A stretch of 57,434 nucleotides of DNA, filler included, from Candidatus Zhuqueibacterota bacterium (lineage in GTDB: Bacteria; BS750m-G25), in assembly GCA_016783505.1 (NCBI GenBank). It is 3 parts of 3 records of this genome, joined end to end, with 100 filler letters (N's around TTAATTAATTAA, not from the genome) between each part and the next. Parts side by side here need not be neighbours in the genome. Positions count along the whole stretch, not along the records: positions 1 to 19,402 come from JADHWK010000041.1; positions 19,503 to 38,619 come from JADHWK010000042.1; 1 more part is not named here. The stretch is one strand, 5' to 3'. Shown here one piece after another: positions 17,540-26,382 of this stretch. Under the pieces are notes generated by a model. The model was not told where the DNA came from and searched no databases. It worked only from the letters and a program-made list of their open reading frames with translations. The position numbers and the translations under genes are program-made. The first letter of the stretch is position 1, and every line of letters begins with the position of its first letter.

Positions 17540-19255
17540 ATGAAATTAATATTCTGGGATTGGTTTATAATTGTCGGCTACTTTGTCTTTGCTCTGGCGG
17601 TAGGGGTATTTTTCTCGAGGAGGGCGGGGAAGAGTATAACTGAGTATTTCGTCTCCGGCCGTCGCCTTCCCTGGTGGATCGCCGGGACCTCGATGGTGGC
17701 TACCACCTTCGCCGCCGACACCCCCCTGGCGGTGACCGGACTGGTGGCCAATCATGGCATCGCCGGTAACTGGCTGTGGTGGAATTTTGTATTCTCCGGG
17801 ATGCTCACCGTCTTTTTCTTCTCCAGGCTGTGGCGGCGGGTTGGGGTGCTTACGGATGTGGAGTTCACCGAAATCCGGTATTCGGGAAAGCCGGCAGCTA
17901 TCCTGAGGGGTTTCCGGGCCTTATACCTGGGCCTGCCCATCAACCTCATCATCATGGGCTGGGTGACACTGGCCATGGCAAAGATTATCTCCATTACCCT
18001 GGGGTTTCCCAAATGGCAGGCTGTTGCTGTATGCCTGGGGGTGGCCCTCTTCTATTCCGTTCTGTCCGGTTTCTGGGGGGTGGTGGTGACGGATTTTATC
18101 CAGTTTCTGATGGCCCTCGGGGGAGCCATTGCCTTGGCAATTATCTCTGTGAACAAAGTTGGCGGAATTACGATATTAAAAGAAAAATTGGTGGAAACCT
18201 ACGGGGCCGGCCATCAGATTCTATCTATCATTCCTGAAGTGGGTTCGGCCTGGATGCCCCTTACCGCCTTTTTGATCTACATCGGCGTGCAGTGGTGGGC
18301 GACGTGGTATCCGGGGTCCGAACCCGGGGGCGGGGGGTATGTGGCCCAGCGGATGTTTTCAACCCGGGACGAGAGGCATTCACTTCTCGCTACGTTATGG
18401 TTTAATATCGCCCATTACGCCATTCGCCCCTGGCCCTGGATCCTGGTGGCCTTGGTGGCCATGGTCGTATATCCCCATCTGCCCGACCCGGAAACGGGTT
18501 ATCCCAGGGTTATGGTTGATTTTCTTCCCGCCGGCCTCCGGGGGATGATGGTAACTGCCTTCTTAGCTGCCTTCATGTCCACCATTGATACCCAGCTTAA
18601 CTGGAGCAGCTCTTACATCATCAACGATTTCTACAAACGCTTTCTGAAAAAAGACGCTTCTGATCGGCACTATGTTATGGTTTCCAGAATTGTGGTGGTA
18701 GGAATGATGGGTCTGGCTGCCTTAGTGACCAGTCAGATGGAGTCCGTGGGGGGGGCGTGGAAATTCTTGATATCCATCGGGGCGGGAACCGGGGCGGTCT
18801 ACATCCTCCGCTGGTACTGGTGGCGGATCAACGCTTGGTCAGAGATCTCAGCCATGGTCGCCTCATTCGTCGGAGCGATCTTCATCGCCCCCCTTCTCAC
18901 CGCCGAATTTACATTCCAACTGATTATTACAGTAATTTTTTCAACCACCGTCTGGTTGGTGATTACTTTTTTAACCCCACCGGAATCCGAGGAAACCCTG
19001 ATTCAATTTTACAGGAGGGTTCACCCCGGTGGGTCAGGATGGCGGACCATCGCCCGACAGGTGCCAGACGTTGTTGGGGACGAACTGGGCTGGCGGGATT
19101 TCGCCGATTGGATCTGCGGATGTGTGCTAATATTTTCCTTCCTCTTTGGGGTGGGAAAACTCCTTTTGGGCGACCCCGGACTTGGATTGTTCTTTATTTT
19201 GGTGGGCATGGGCGCCGGGAGCTTCATCACCTGGGACTATTTCAGGCGATCTTAG
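17540..19255 (+). CDS. Sodium:solute symporter (SSS family), second subfamily
   Basis: YFVSGRRLPWWIAGTSMVATTFAADTPLAV, EPGGGGYVAQRM, AAFMSTIDTQLNW, LRWYWWRINAWSE. Confidence 0.9.
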   Translation: MKLIFWDWFIIVGYFVFALAVGVFFSRRAGKSITEYFVSGRRLPWWIAGTSMVATTFAADTPLAVTGLVANHGIAGNWLWWNFVFSGMLTVFFFSRLWRRVGVLTDVEFTEIRYSGKPAAILRGFRALYLGLPINLIIMGWVTLAMAKIISITLGFPKWQAVAVCLGVALFYSVLSGFWGVVVTDFIQFLMALGGAIALAIISVNKVGGITILKEKLVETYGAGHQILSIIPEVGSAWMPLTAFLIYIGVQWWATWYPGSEPGGGGYVAQRMFSTRDERHSLLATLWFNIAHYAIRPWPWILVALVAMVVYPHLPDPETGYPRVMVDFLPAGLRGMMVTAFLAAFMSTIDTQLNWSSSYIINDFYKRFLKKDASDRHYVMVSRIVVVGMMGLAALVTSQMESVGGAWKFLISIGAGTGAVYILRWYWWRINAWSEISAMVASFVGAIFIAPLLTAEFTFQLIITVIFSTTVWLVITFLTPPESEETLIQFYRRVHPGGSGWRTIARQVPDVVGDELGWRDFADWICGCVLIFSFLFGVGKLLLGDPGLGLFFILVGMGAGSFITWDYFRRS

Positions 19256-19402
19256 GGGGATGTAGAGACTCTGCTGTTGCAAATGCAATCCCGTCCCAAG
19301 ATCGTTCCGAAATTTTCGGGATTACACCCCATTTGAAGGATAAAGAAAAAGCTCTGGGTGGATCTCAACAAAACCCGAGATTAGCGAAGTTTTAAAGGAG
19401 AA

Positions 19403-19502
19403 NNNNNNNNNNNNNNNNNNNNNNNNNNNNNNNNNNNNNNNNNNNNTTAATTAATTAANNNNNNNNNNNNNNNNNNNNNNNNNNNNNNNNNNNNNNNNNN
19501 NN
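19403..19502. other. Assembly gap / contig spacer
   Basis: N runs around TTAATTAATTAA (stops in all frames). Confidence 0.97.
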
Positions 19503-19665
19503 TTAAACCAAGATAGGAATTCGATCCCAGCATGATGACTTTTTTCCCGTTCATCACCACCTCGGTATCCTGATCGGACTGGATTTCCCGGAAATAGGGA
19601 TAAATTCCCTGGGCCATTACCTCCCGGGCGGCGGTGAAATTCTTAATCTTATCAAAAAATTTCAT
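19503..19665 (-). CDS. N-terminus of an alpha-oxoamine synthase, serine palmitoyltransferase-like (truncated by gap)
   Basis: [35 protein letters not shown] resembles the N-terminus of bacterial SPT/BioF-family enzymes. Confidence 0.7.
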
Positions 19666-20242
19666 AATTATTCCCTATTTTTCTGTATTTATCTGGCGGA
19701 CTTTTCATAAGGTTCAGAAAGACTTTAAAGTAACTGGTCAGCGAGACGGCTATCATTACCACTCCTATCCACATCATAATTAGACAGTAGGGTTCCCATC
19801 CCAGGGTATAAAGAATGATCACCAAAGCCAAGATAATCGCTGTACGTTGGCCGATCTTATTGGAAGTCCCCACTGTATTTTTCAATCTGATGACTAAAAA
19901 ATTGGCGGAGAGTATGGCCAGGTCCCGACCCAAAACCAGGACGACAAACCAAATTGGAATTTTAATTTCCCTGGGGAGGAACGTCAAAAAGATAATCACA
20001 ACGGCGATGCAGACTTTATCCGAAACGGGATCAATGATCTTACCCCAGTAGGAGACCTGATTTAATTTCTTGGCTAAATAGCCGTCAACATTATCCGTAA
20101 TGATAGCCAGAACCATAAAGAACATGGCCCAGAAGTTACCTGTGGGGGAATCTTGTTTTAAAAAGAAAAATATGGGGATGAGAAATAATAATCGAAAAGC
20201 GCTGATAAAGTTGGGTATGGTAAAGACCCTTTTATCATCCAT
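19652..20242 (-). CDS. CDP-alcohol phosphatidyltransferase (PgsA-like)
   Basis: [38 protein letters not shown] signature. Confidence 0.9.
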   Translation of the reverse strand: MDDKRVFTIPNFISAFRLLFLIPIFFFLKQDSPTGNFWAMFFMVLAIITDNVDGYLAKKLNQVSYWGKIIDPVSDKVCIAVVIIFLTFLPREIKIPIWFVVLVLGRDLAILSANFLVIRLKNTVGTSNKIGQRTAIILALVIILYTLGWEPYCLIMMWIGVVMIAVSLTSYFKVFLNLMKSPPDKYRKIGNNYEIF

Positions 20243-20262
20243 AATATTTGCCTAAAGTTTAA

Positions 20263-20718
20263 TTACAAAATCAGCCCGTCCCGGGCCCGCTCATGGGCTT
20301 TTTGTCTTGTGACATGTTTCCGACGAAATGGGACCCATTCATCCGACAATTTGGCAATGTGGGCTTTGAAAAACTCCTGAACCGACAAGAAAGGGGTTAT
20401 GGACCTGTTCAAATCCGAAGAATTCATCTTGATCAATTTCTCATAGCTCCCTATCAATTTTGCGGTGCACCTTTCCAACGAAAATTCCCCGGCCCGGATC
20501 AAGGCGTTTCGTGAAAATTCAGTTCTCTTCTCATTGTCCTGGATCAATTCTAAAACCCTTTTGGAAAATTCCCCCTCATCCGGGAAAGTTAGGTATCCGG
20601 TAATACCGTCGAGTATAATCTCCCCAATCCCGGGGGCATGGACGGCTATAACCGGCGTCCCACCGGCCAGGGCTTCAAGAACTACCAGGCCCTGGGTTTC
20701 AGTCAATGAGGAAAAAAC
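20263..20718 (-). pseudogene. C-terminal fragment of a GT4 glycosyltransferase (diacylglycerol glucosyltransferase-like)
   Basis: Begins abruptly at VFSSLTETQGLVVLEALAGGTPVIA; the N-terminal GT-B domain is missing and replaced by dctQ sequence. Confidence 0.75.
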
Positions 20719-21154
20719 GGAAGGCGATCACAAAAAAGCCCAACGGAAGTATGATTTGAATGATCCAGATGGGTAAATTATTAAAAAGGATGCCCTGGCC
20801 CTGGCGCTCCATAGCCAGGAAGGTCCAGGCCGCCAAACCCAAAAAGAGGCAGACGGCCAAGGAGAGGACCTCAACCACACATTTTGACCAGAGCTTCCCC
20901 CTGGGGCGGAGCAGTTTGGTCAGCACGTCAATGTTGATGTGTTTATTCTCCCGGGTGGACAAGGACGCCCCTAAAAAAGCTACCCATAGGACTAAATGTC
21001 GAAGAAAGGTATCCGCCCAGGGGATACCAGTGGAGAAAAAATTTCGCAATACCACCTGCAGAAAGGCCAGCCCGATCATGGTGGTTAAAAAGAGGACGAT
21101 GATGACCCCTTCGGTCAACGCTAAATATTTGTCAATCGTTTTCAGGACTTTCAT
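20699..21154 (-). CDS. dctQ: TRAP transporter small permease DctQ (C-terminus probably clipped)
   Basis: FLQVVLRN, WADTFLRHLVLWVAFLGAS, KHINIDV, ILPLGF. Confidence 0.85.
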   Translation of the reverse strand: MKVLKTIDKYLALTEGVIIVLFLTTMIGLAFLQVVLRNFFSTGIPWADTFLRHLVLWVAFLGASLSTRENKHINIDVLTKLLRPRGKLWSKCVVEVLSLAVCLFLGLAAWTFLAMERQGQGILFNNLPIWIIQIILPLGFFVIAFRFFLID

Positions 21155-21270
21155 CTTTTTCGCAAAGCGTGAAGCGTAGATCGTAAAAGCGAAAGGTCAA
21201 AATTTACGCTCCACTCTCTTATGCTCTCCTCTCTTCGTTGTGCCCCCGAGGCCTCGGGGGGATGAGGGTT

Positions 21271-22332
21271 TCATTCTTCGTGACCCCGAGTATTTGGTAT
21301 AGGGGTCTGCTTTGAACGGAATTCCTCAATGTAAAACAGCAGCTCATCCAGCAGTTCCCGGGAATACATCTTTCCCACCAGGTTTTCCCGGGCCCTCTCC
21401 CCTACCCCGTAAAATTCGGCCATAACGCTGTCCGGTGGAGTCGGGGTGATCTGGATGCCGTTTTCTTTGAGGATCTCCACCGACTCGGCATTGTCCCTGC
21501 GGGTGAGTTGAATCAAGCGTGAAAGATGTTTGCGGGCACTTTCTTTTAGTAAAATCTGTAAATCCTGGGGTAACCCATCATAGTAACGTTTGGTGATCAA
21601 CACCGCGCCGTTGGAATCAGCCACCGGGACTTCGCTCATGTATTTTACCTTGGTGAACCACTGCATGGCGATGGCCCCATAGGGCGAGATGTATACAGCA
21701 TTGATCAGTCCGGTCTGCAGGGAGGAAAGCACGTCAATCACCGAGAGGGGGATGGGGCTAACCCCAAGGGCCTTGAATAGGGCCACCGCCAGCGGGTCCC
21801 CTTCCCACATCCAAATCTTCAGGTGTTTCACATCATCCATGGAATAAATGGGCTTGTTAGAGAAGAAATGAACGAACCCCACCTCGGCCCAACCTAAAAG
21901 GACGAATCCCTTCTCCTCAAAGGCGGCGGCGAACCGCTCGTGCATTTTTTCTTGAATATAATCTACCTCACCATAGTTACGGAAGATAAAGGGTAGATCC
22001 ATGACCCTCACTTCCGGCAGAATCTCTCCCATTCCCACCCCGGTGAAGCCGGCGCAGTGGATCTGTCCTATTCTCATTTTTCTTAAGACATCCTTCTCAT
22101 CCCCCGATACCCCCCCGGCGTAGATTCGAAAACCCATCTCTCCCCCACTCTTCTCTTGGATCTCCTGGTCAAATTCTCTCAACACCTTCATCCAGGTAGT
22201 CCCCTCGGGGGCGACGGTGGCGAATTTGATTACGTATTCTTTTCCTGACACAGCAGGACTAAAAATGAAAAGAAAACCTATCACCATACTTATCGCCAGC
22301 CTTCTAAAAGGATGAAAAACTTTCTTTAACAT
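21271..22332 (-). CDS. dctP: TRAP transporter substrate-binding protein DctP (TPAT/TatP-like)
   Basis: IKFATVAPEGTTW, YAGGVSGDEKDVLRKMRIGQ, LKIWMWEGD, LSSLQTGLI; ATG 22332 follows GAGGAG. Confidence 0.88.
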   Translation of the reverse strand: MLKKVFHPFRRLAISMVIGFLFIFSPAVSGKEYVIKFATVAPEGTTWMKVLREFDQEIQEKSGGEMGFRIYAGGVSGDEKDVLRKMRIGQIHCAGFTGVGMGEILPEVRVMDLPFIFRNYGEVDYIQEKMHERFAAAFEEKGFVLLGWAEVGFVHFFSNKPIYSMDDVKHLKIWMWEGDPLAVALFKALGVSPIPLSVIDVLSSLQTGLINAVYISPYGAIAMQWFTKVKYMSEVPVADSNGAVLITKRYYDGLPQDLQILLKESARKHLSRLIQLTRRDNAESVEILKENGIQITPTPPDSVMAEFYGVGERARENLVGKMYSRELLDELLFYIEEFRSKQTPIPNTRGHEE

Positions 22333-22818
22333 TCTCTCCTCAATAAAACCAGTAAAGATCATGAGTCGTCTGCGCAATACTGAACCAGCCCTAGTCAACC
22401 CTTGCCTGCACTTCGCTTTCCAGTGCTTTGGCTAAATACATCTGTGAAAAAACTTATTTATTAATTTTTGTATTCATAAATTTTCCCCAAATATTATTTT
22501 TTAATATTTTTGGCTCTTCTGGACTTTAATACGGTAGAAAAAAGTGCTTAGGTCATGGTAAAGACAGGCATAACCTGATTATATTTAGATACTTAATTAT
22601 TTTATTAAAGTGTTGTAAATGTGGTTAGGTATGTCGGCAAAGATACTGGGGTCTATTCTTAATCTTAAGGGGATTCGGGTTCGAAGTATTTCCCATTCCA
22701 GTCAAGATAAACTCAACGGATTTTTTTATATGATAGACGATTCTCCATACTGAAAATTTTAAATTATGTCAAAAAAAACTACCGTATAAATTTCCAGATG
22801 AACCTTTTTTTTAAACAT

Positions 22819-23940
22819 TTAGATTTCTATCTCATAGATTCTATATTTTTTATACAGCTTCCCCCCTATTGCCTCGTCAAACCGATTGATCAAATCATTA
22901 TCCTCCAGGTTCCACGACATTTCACACCAGCGGTAGCCCAATTTTGCCCCGGCCTTTTCCGTTTCATAGTACAAGACAGTATTGATGCCCGTACGCCGAT
23001 ACTCTTTTTTGAGGCCAAATATCAGGGCTCGCAGGCCGGTTATTTTTCTCCTGTAATAGATAAGCTTAAGAATCCCAACCGGGCCCAGCCTACCATTGAG
23101 TCTTTTCAGCACCTGGTTGAAGTCGGGAATGGTAACACTGACGCCAACGGGCTCTCCGTTTACTTCAGCGAAAAGTACCAGTTCGGGCTCAGCAATGGGT
23201 TTTAGTTCCTTGGCCATTAAATCCATTTCCGCATCAGTCATGGGTACGAATCCCCAATTCATCTCCCAGGAAGAATTGTAGATATCCTTGATAAGCGCCA
23301 CCTCTTGCTCGAATTTTTTCATATTAATAGGCCTTACCACGACATTCTCTTTTTTCTTTACTCTTTCCACCAGTCTGGCGATACGCTCAAGGACTCCTAC
23401 TTCGCTCTTTAGGAAAGCGTACAAATCCTTCGCCTTTCGGAAACCATACCGCTCCATAAATTCAAGATAATATTTGGGATTATAAGGCATCATAATAACC
23501 GGACTTGAATCGAAGCCCTCAAGGAGAAAGGCGCATTCATCGTTCATGCTCAGGTTCATCGGCCCTCGCAGGAGATTCATGCCGTTTTTCCGACACCATT
23601 TTTTGGCGGCGGTGAGCAGAGACTCGGCGACATTATAGTCTCGCACACACTCAAACAGACCGAAGAAGCCTGTGTTCTCCTGATGAAATTTGTTGTGGTT
23701 AAAGTCAATAATAGCGGCTATTCTACCAACCGGTTCGCTGTCTCTTCTCGCAAGGAACAGCTCCATCTCGGCGTGCTCGAAAAAAGGATGCTTCAGACGG
23801 TTCAATTTGAATTTCATTTCCTTAAGGAGCGGGGGTACCCAATAAAGGTCGCCATCATAGACCTTCCACGGCAAACGGAGAAAATCGTTGAGATCCCTTT
23901 TCCCCTCCACTCTATGTACACTAATCTTTTCTCTGTTCAT
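22819..23940 (-). CDS. Tandem GNAT-fold N-acyltransferase, YghO / bacterial ceramide synthase-like
   Basis: WVPPL, HPFF, VGRIAAIID, GFFGLFEC, RGPMNLS, MMPYNPKYY, NWGFVPMT, PDFNQ, SWNLEDN, KKYRIYE. Confidence 0.75.
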   Translation of the reverse strand: MNREKISVHRVEGKRDLNDFLRLPWKVYDGDLYWVPPLLKEMKFKLNRLKHPFFEHAEMELFLARRDSEPVGRIAAIIDFNHNKFHQENTGFFGLFECVRDYNVAESLLTAAKKWCRKNGMNLLRGPMNLSMNDECAFLLEGFDSSPVIMMPYNPKYYLEFMERYGFRKAKDLYAFLKSEVGVLERIARLVERVKKKENVVVRPINMKKFEQEVALIKDIYNSSWEMNWGFVPMTDAEMDLMAKELKPIAEPELVLFAEVNGEPVGVSVTIPDFNQVLKRLNGRLGPVGILKLIYYRRKITGLRALIFGLKKEYRRTGINTVLYYETEKAGAKLGYRWCEMSWNLEDNDLINRFDEAIGGKLYKKYRIYEIEI

Positions 23941-24021
23941 GTTTCCCTCCTTCGGTCAAATTATGTCTACTGATTTCTTAATGTTGAAATTCTCACAAAG
24001 AAAGAAACAGCAACGGTTAAC

Positions 24022-24840
24022 CTAACAGACCCATTTTTGCAGCACGAAGCTTAGGTATATAACCCCTCCAGTCCGAAAACATTCATAAATTTTAGAACCT
24101 TTGACTCCGGCAAACTCTTGAAATAATTTTAACAACAACTTGGGTATTGATTTTTGAATAAGCACCATCTTGCGTTCATTGTCCAAATTCAGAGCCTCGA
24201 TAACATTGGGGATTATATTCGTTTCTTTGATGAGAGTCATTCCTGAACGGCGAAGCTGTTTGTAAAGTGTATCAATTTTGTCTTTGCCACGAAAGTCTGC
24301 GTAAAGAAAGTAACCACCTTGTCGGAGGATCCTCTTGACCTGCATAAGAAAAGCATCCATTGAACCATAACAGTGTGAAGACTCTACATTAACAATCACA
24401 TCAAAGCTATTATCCTCAAAGGGCAGAAATTCAGCATCGGCCGTTACGAATGAAAGTCCTTCAACAAAATAACTCTTATTACAAAATGCCACGGCTTTTT
24501 CTGAGAAATCAACACCAACCATTGTTTTTGGTTCTAAATAACGTTTGATATAATGTGATCCTCCTCCTCGACCGCTGCTTACCTCTAGCACATTTAAATC
24601 CCTAAGGTTAACAACATTGGCAACATGATGATAGAGTTGAACGCAGTAGCGATTTGGCTCGTCATCATCGCCTAAGTTAAGCTTTTCTGTTTGAGGGTCT
24701 AATGGGGCATAACCATAGTTCATGAATGACCAGTCTTCTCTCTGATAGTATCCTGCCAGGAACTGGTACCACTGTCTCCGGATTAATCTTCCAAGATAAG
24801 GAGAAATTCGGCAAAGTGCCATGAATAGCTTAGTTATCAT
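24022..24840 (-). CDS. Class I SAM methyltransferase, fatty-acid / phthiotriol O-methyltransferase-like
   Basis: WSFMNYGY, QLYHHV, VLEVSSGRGGG, NVESSHCY, YADFR. Confidence 0.8.
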   Translation of the reverse strand: MITKLFMALCRISPYLGRLIRRQWYQFLAGYYQREDWSFMNYGYAPLDPQTEKLNLGDDDEPNRYCVQLYHHVANVVNLRDLNVLEVSSGRGGGSHYIKRYLEPKTMVGVDFSEKAVAFCNKSYFVEGLSFVTADAEFLPFEDNSFDVIVNVESSHCYGSMDAFLMQVKRILRQGGYFLYADFRGKDKIDTLYKQLRRSGMTLIKETNIIPNVIEALNLDNERKMVLIQKSIPKLLLKLFQEFAGVKGSKIYECFRTGGVIYLSFVLQKWVC

Positions 24841-24858
24841 GAAATGTCTACCTTTTTG

Positions 24859-25491
24859 TCAAGTTCTGTAAATAGCAAGAATTTTATTTCTTACCCTCTC
24901 AGTAACTTCATTTATTATTTTTCGGTCATACCCTTCCTTATAATAATTGTCAAAATAAATAGGTTTCCCAATTTTAACTGTGATTTGATGTGGCCTGGGA
25001 ATTTTTTTACCATAAGGGAGTACTCGGTTACTTCCGATAATGACTACTGGTATAATCGGGGCCTTAGCCTCTAGTGCAAATCTGGCAATACCCTGCTTAA
25101 AGCGCCCCAGTGTTCCATCTTTACTGACATAACCTTCGGGAAAGATAGCAACGATCTTTTGCTGCTGTAATATTTCGGTAACTATCTTAAAGGTTTGATG
25201 ACAAAAACCCATGCGGTTAACTGAAATTCCATTAAGTCTAGTAAACAGAAATCTTAAAAATGTATTTTTAAACAGTTCTTTTTTTCCGAGTGTGTAAATT
25301 TCCTGTTGAACGGCAGCCATTAGAATAAAAGCATCCAGAGTGCTAAAATGATTAGCGGCTAAAATAAATGTCTCATTCTGCGGCAAATAGTAACATTCCT
25401 CAATCCGCAGCCTCGAATATATCTTAAAGAATACCCAAGATACTATCTTAACAAATTTGTAAAGCATCGTCCGCTCAGTATCTTTTAACAA
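24859..25491 (-). CDS. plsC: Lysophospholipid (1-acyl-G3P) acyltransferase, PlsC family
   Basis: NHFSTLD (HX4D), KKELF, IFPEG, PIIPV. Confidence 0.85.
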   Translation of the reverse strand: MLKDTERTMLYKFVKIVSWVFFKIYSRLRIEECYYLPQNETFILAANHFSTLDAFILMAAVQQEIYTLGKKELFKNTFLRFLFTRLNGISVNRMGFCHQTFKIVTEILQQQKIVAIFPEGYVSKDGTLGRFKQGIARFALEAKAPIIPVVIIGSNRVLPYGKKIPRPHQITVKIGKPIYFDNYYKEGYDRKIINEVTERVRNKILAIYRT

Positions 25492-25493
25492 AA

Positions 25494-26375
25494 CTACTTA
25501 GGAACCATCACCTTTAGGGCCTTAGGAACTAAGGACACCTTCAGCCTGGCATCCCCATCTAAAGCTTCACCGTCCACCTGTATGGGTGCCGGCCCGGGTA
25601 GAATAATCTCCACATTCGAAGACCGATAGATTTCAAAATAACGGGTTCTATCAATATGTCCGGTGAAAAGTTTCGGAAGATGATAGATGGCTTGTAATAT
25701 ATTCAGGTCATTAATAATGCAAATATCCAGTAAGCCATCGTCAGGCTGTGCCTGTGGTGCGATAATAGCCCCGTTGCCAAATTGTATGGTGTTAGCCACG
25801 GCCACCAAAAGGGCCTTTACAGTGATCTGTCGGTGATCAAACCTGAGGGCAATCTTTTTAGGTGAGTAGTTGAAAAACTCTTGAAGACCAACATAGAAAT
25901 GAGGTAGTAACCCTCTCCGTGACCTTGTATTAAGCCGTTTTGTCACTACGGCACCAAACCCAACCCCGGCGGTAGCGAAAAAATATCGGCCTTGTATTTT
26001 GCCTACATCTATTCTCCTGAATTTACCTTGACATAATATTTGACAGGCTTTCTTGAGTTGGAGAGGAATTCCCAATCCTCTCGCCAGACCATTTCCCGAA
26101 CCTATAGGAATAATTCCTAAGCATGCATCTGAATTAACCAATGCTGAGGCCACTTCATTAACCGTGCCGTCGCCTCCAACGGCCGCCACCACATCGAAAC
26201 CTTCCCGTATCGCTTCACGGGCTGTCCGCAGAGCATCGCCTCGGCCCACGGTCTGTTGGATGTGATACTCACACGGAAATTTATCTAAGACACTGGCAAG
26301 GATTCGTTTCATTCTAGCCCCATTTCTGCCCCTGCCAGCTATTGGATTTAAAATAAATTTTATTTTAAAGGCCAT
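25494..26375 (-). CDS. Diacylglycerol/sphingosine kinase-family lipid kinase (YegS-like)
   Basis: ILNPIAG, GGDGTVNEV, IPIGSGNGLAR, DDGLLD, QVDGE. Confidence 0.9.
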   Translation of the reverse strand: MAFKIKFILNPIAGRGRNGARMKRILASVLDKFPCEYHIQQTVGRGDALRTAREAIREGFDVVAAVGGDGTVNEVASALVNSDACLGIIPIGSGNGLARGLGIPLQLKKACQILCQGKFRRIDVGKIQGRYFFATAGVGFGAVVTKRLNTRSRRGLLPHFYVGLQEFFNYSPKKIALRFDHRQITVKALLVAVANTIQFGNGAIIAPQAQPDDGLLDICIINDLNILQAIYHLPKLFTGHIDRTRYFEIYRSSNVEIILPGPAPIQVDGEALDGDARLKVSLVPKALKVMVPK

Positions 26376-26382
26376 TTCTTTG

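Noticed and set aside
19403-19502. TTAATTAATTAA motif, ORF through the Ns, and gene linkage across gaps (also 38620-38719)
   Set aside because: Artificial contig spacer; adjacency across it is not evidence
22340-22800. Riboswitch upstream of dctP
   Set aside because: No recognisable aptamer consensus by eye; an Rfam scan would be needed
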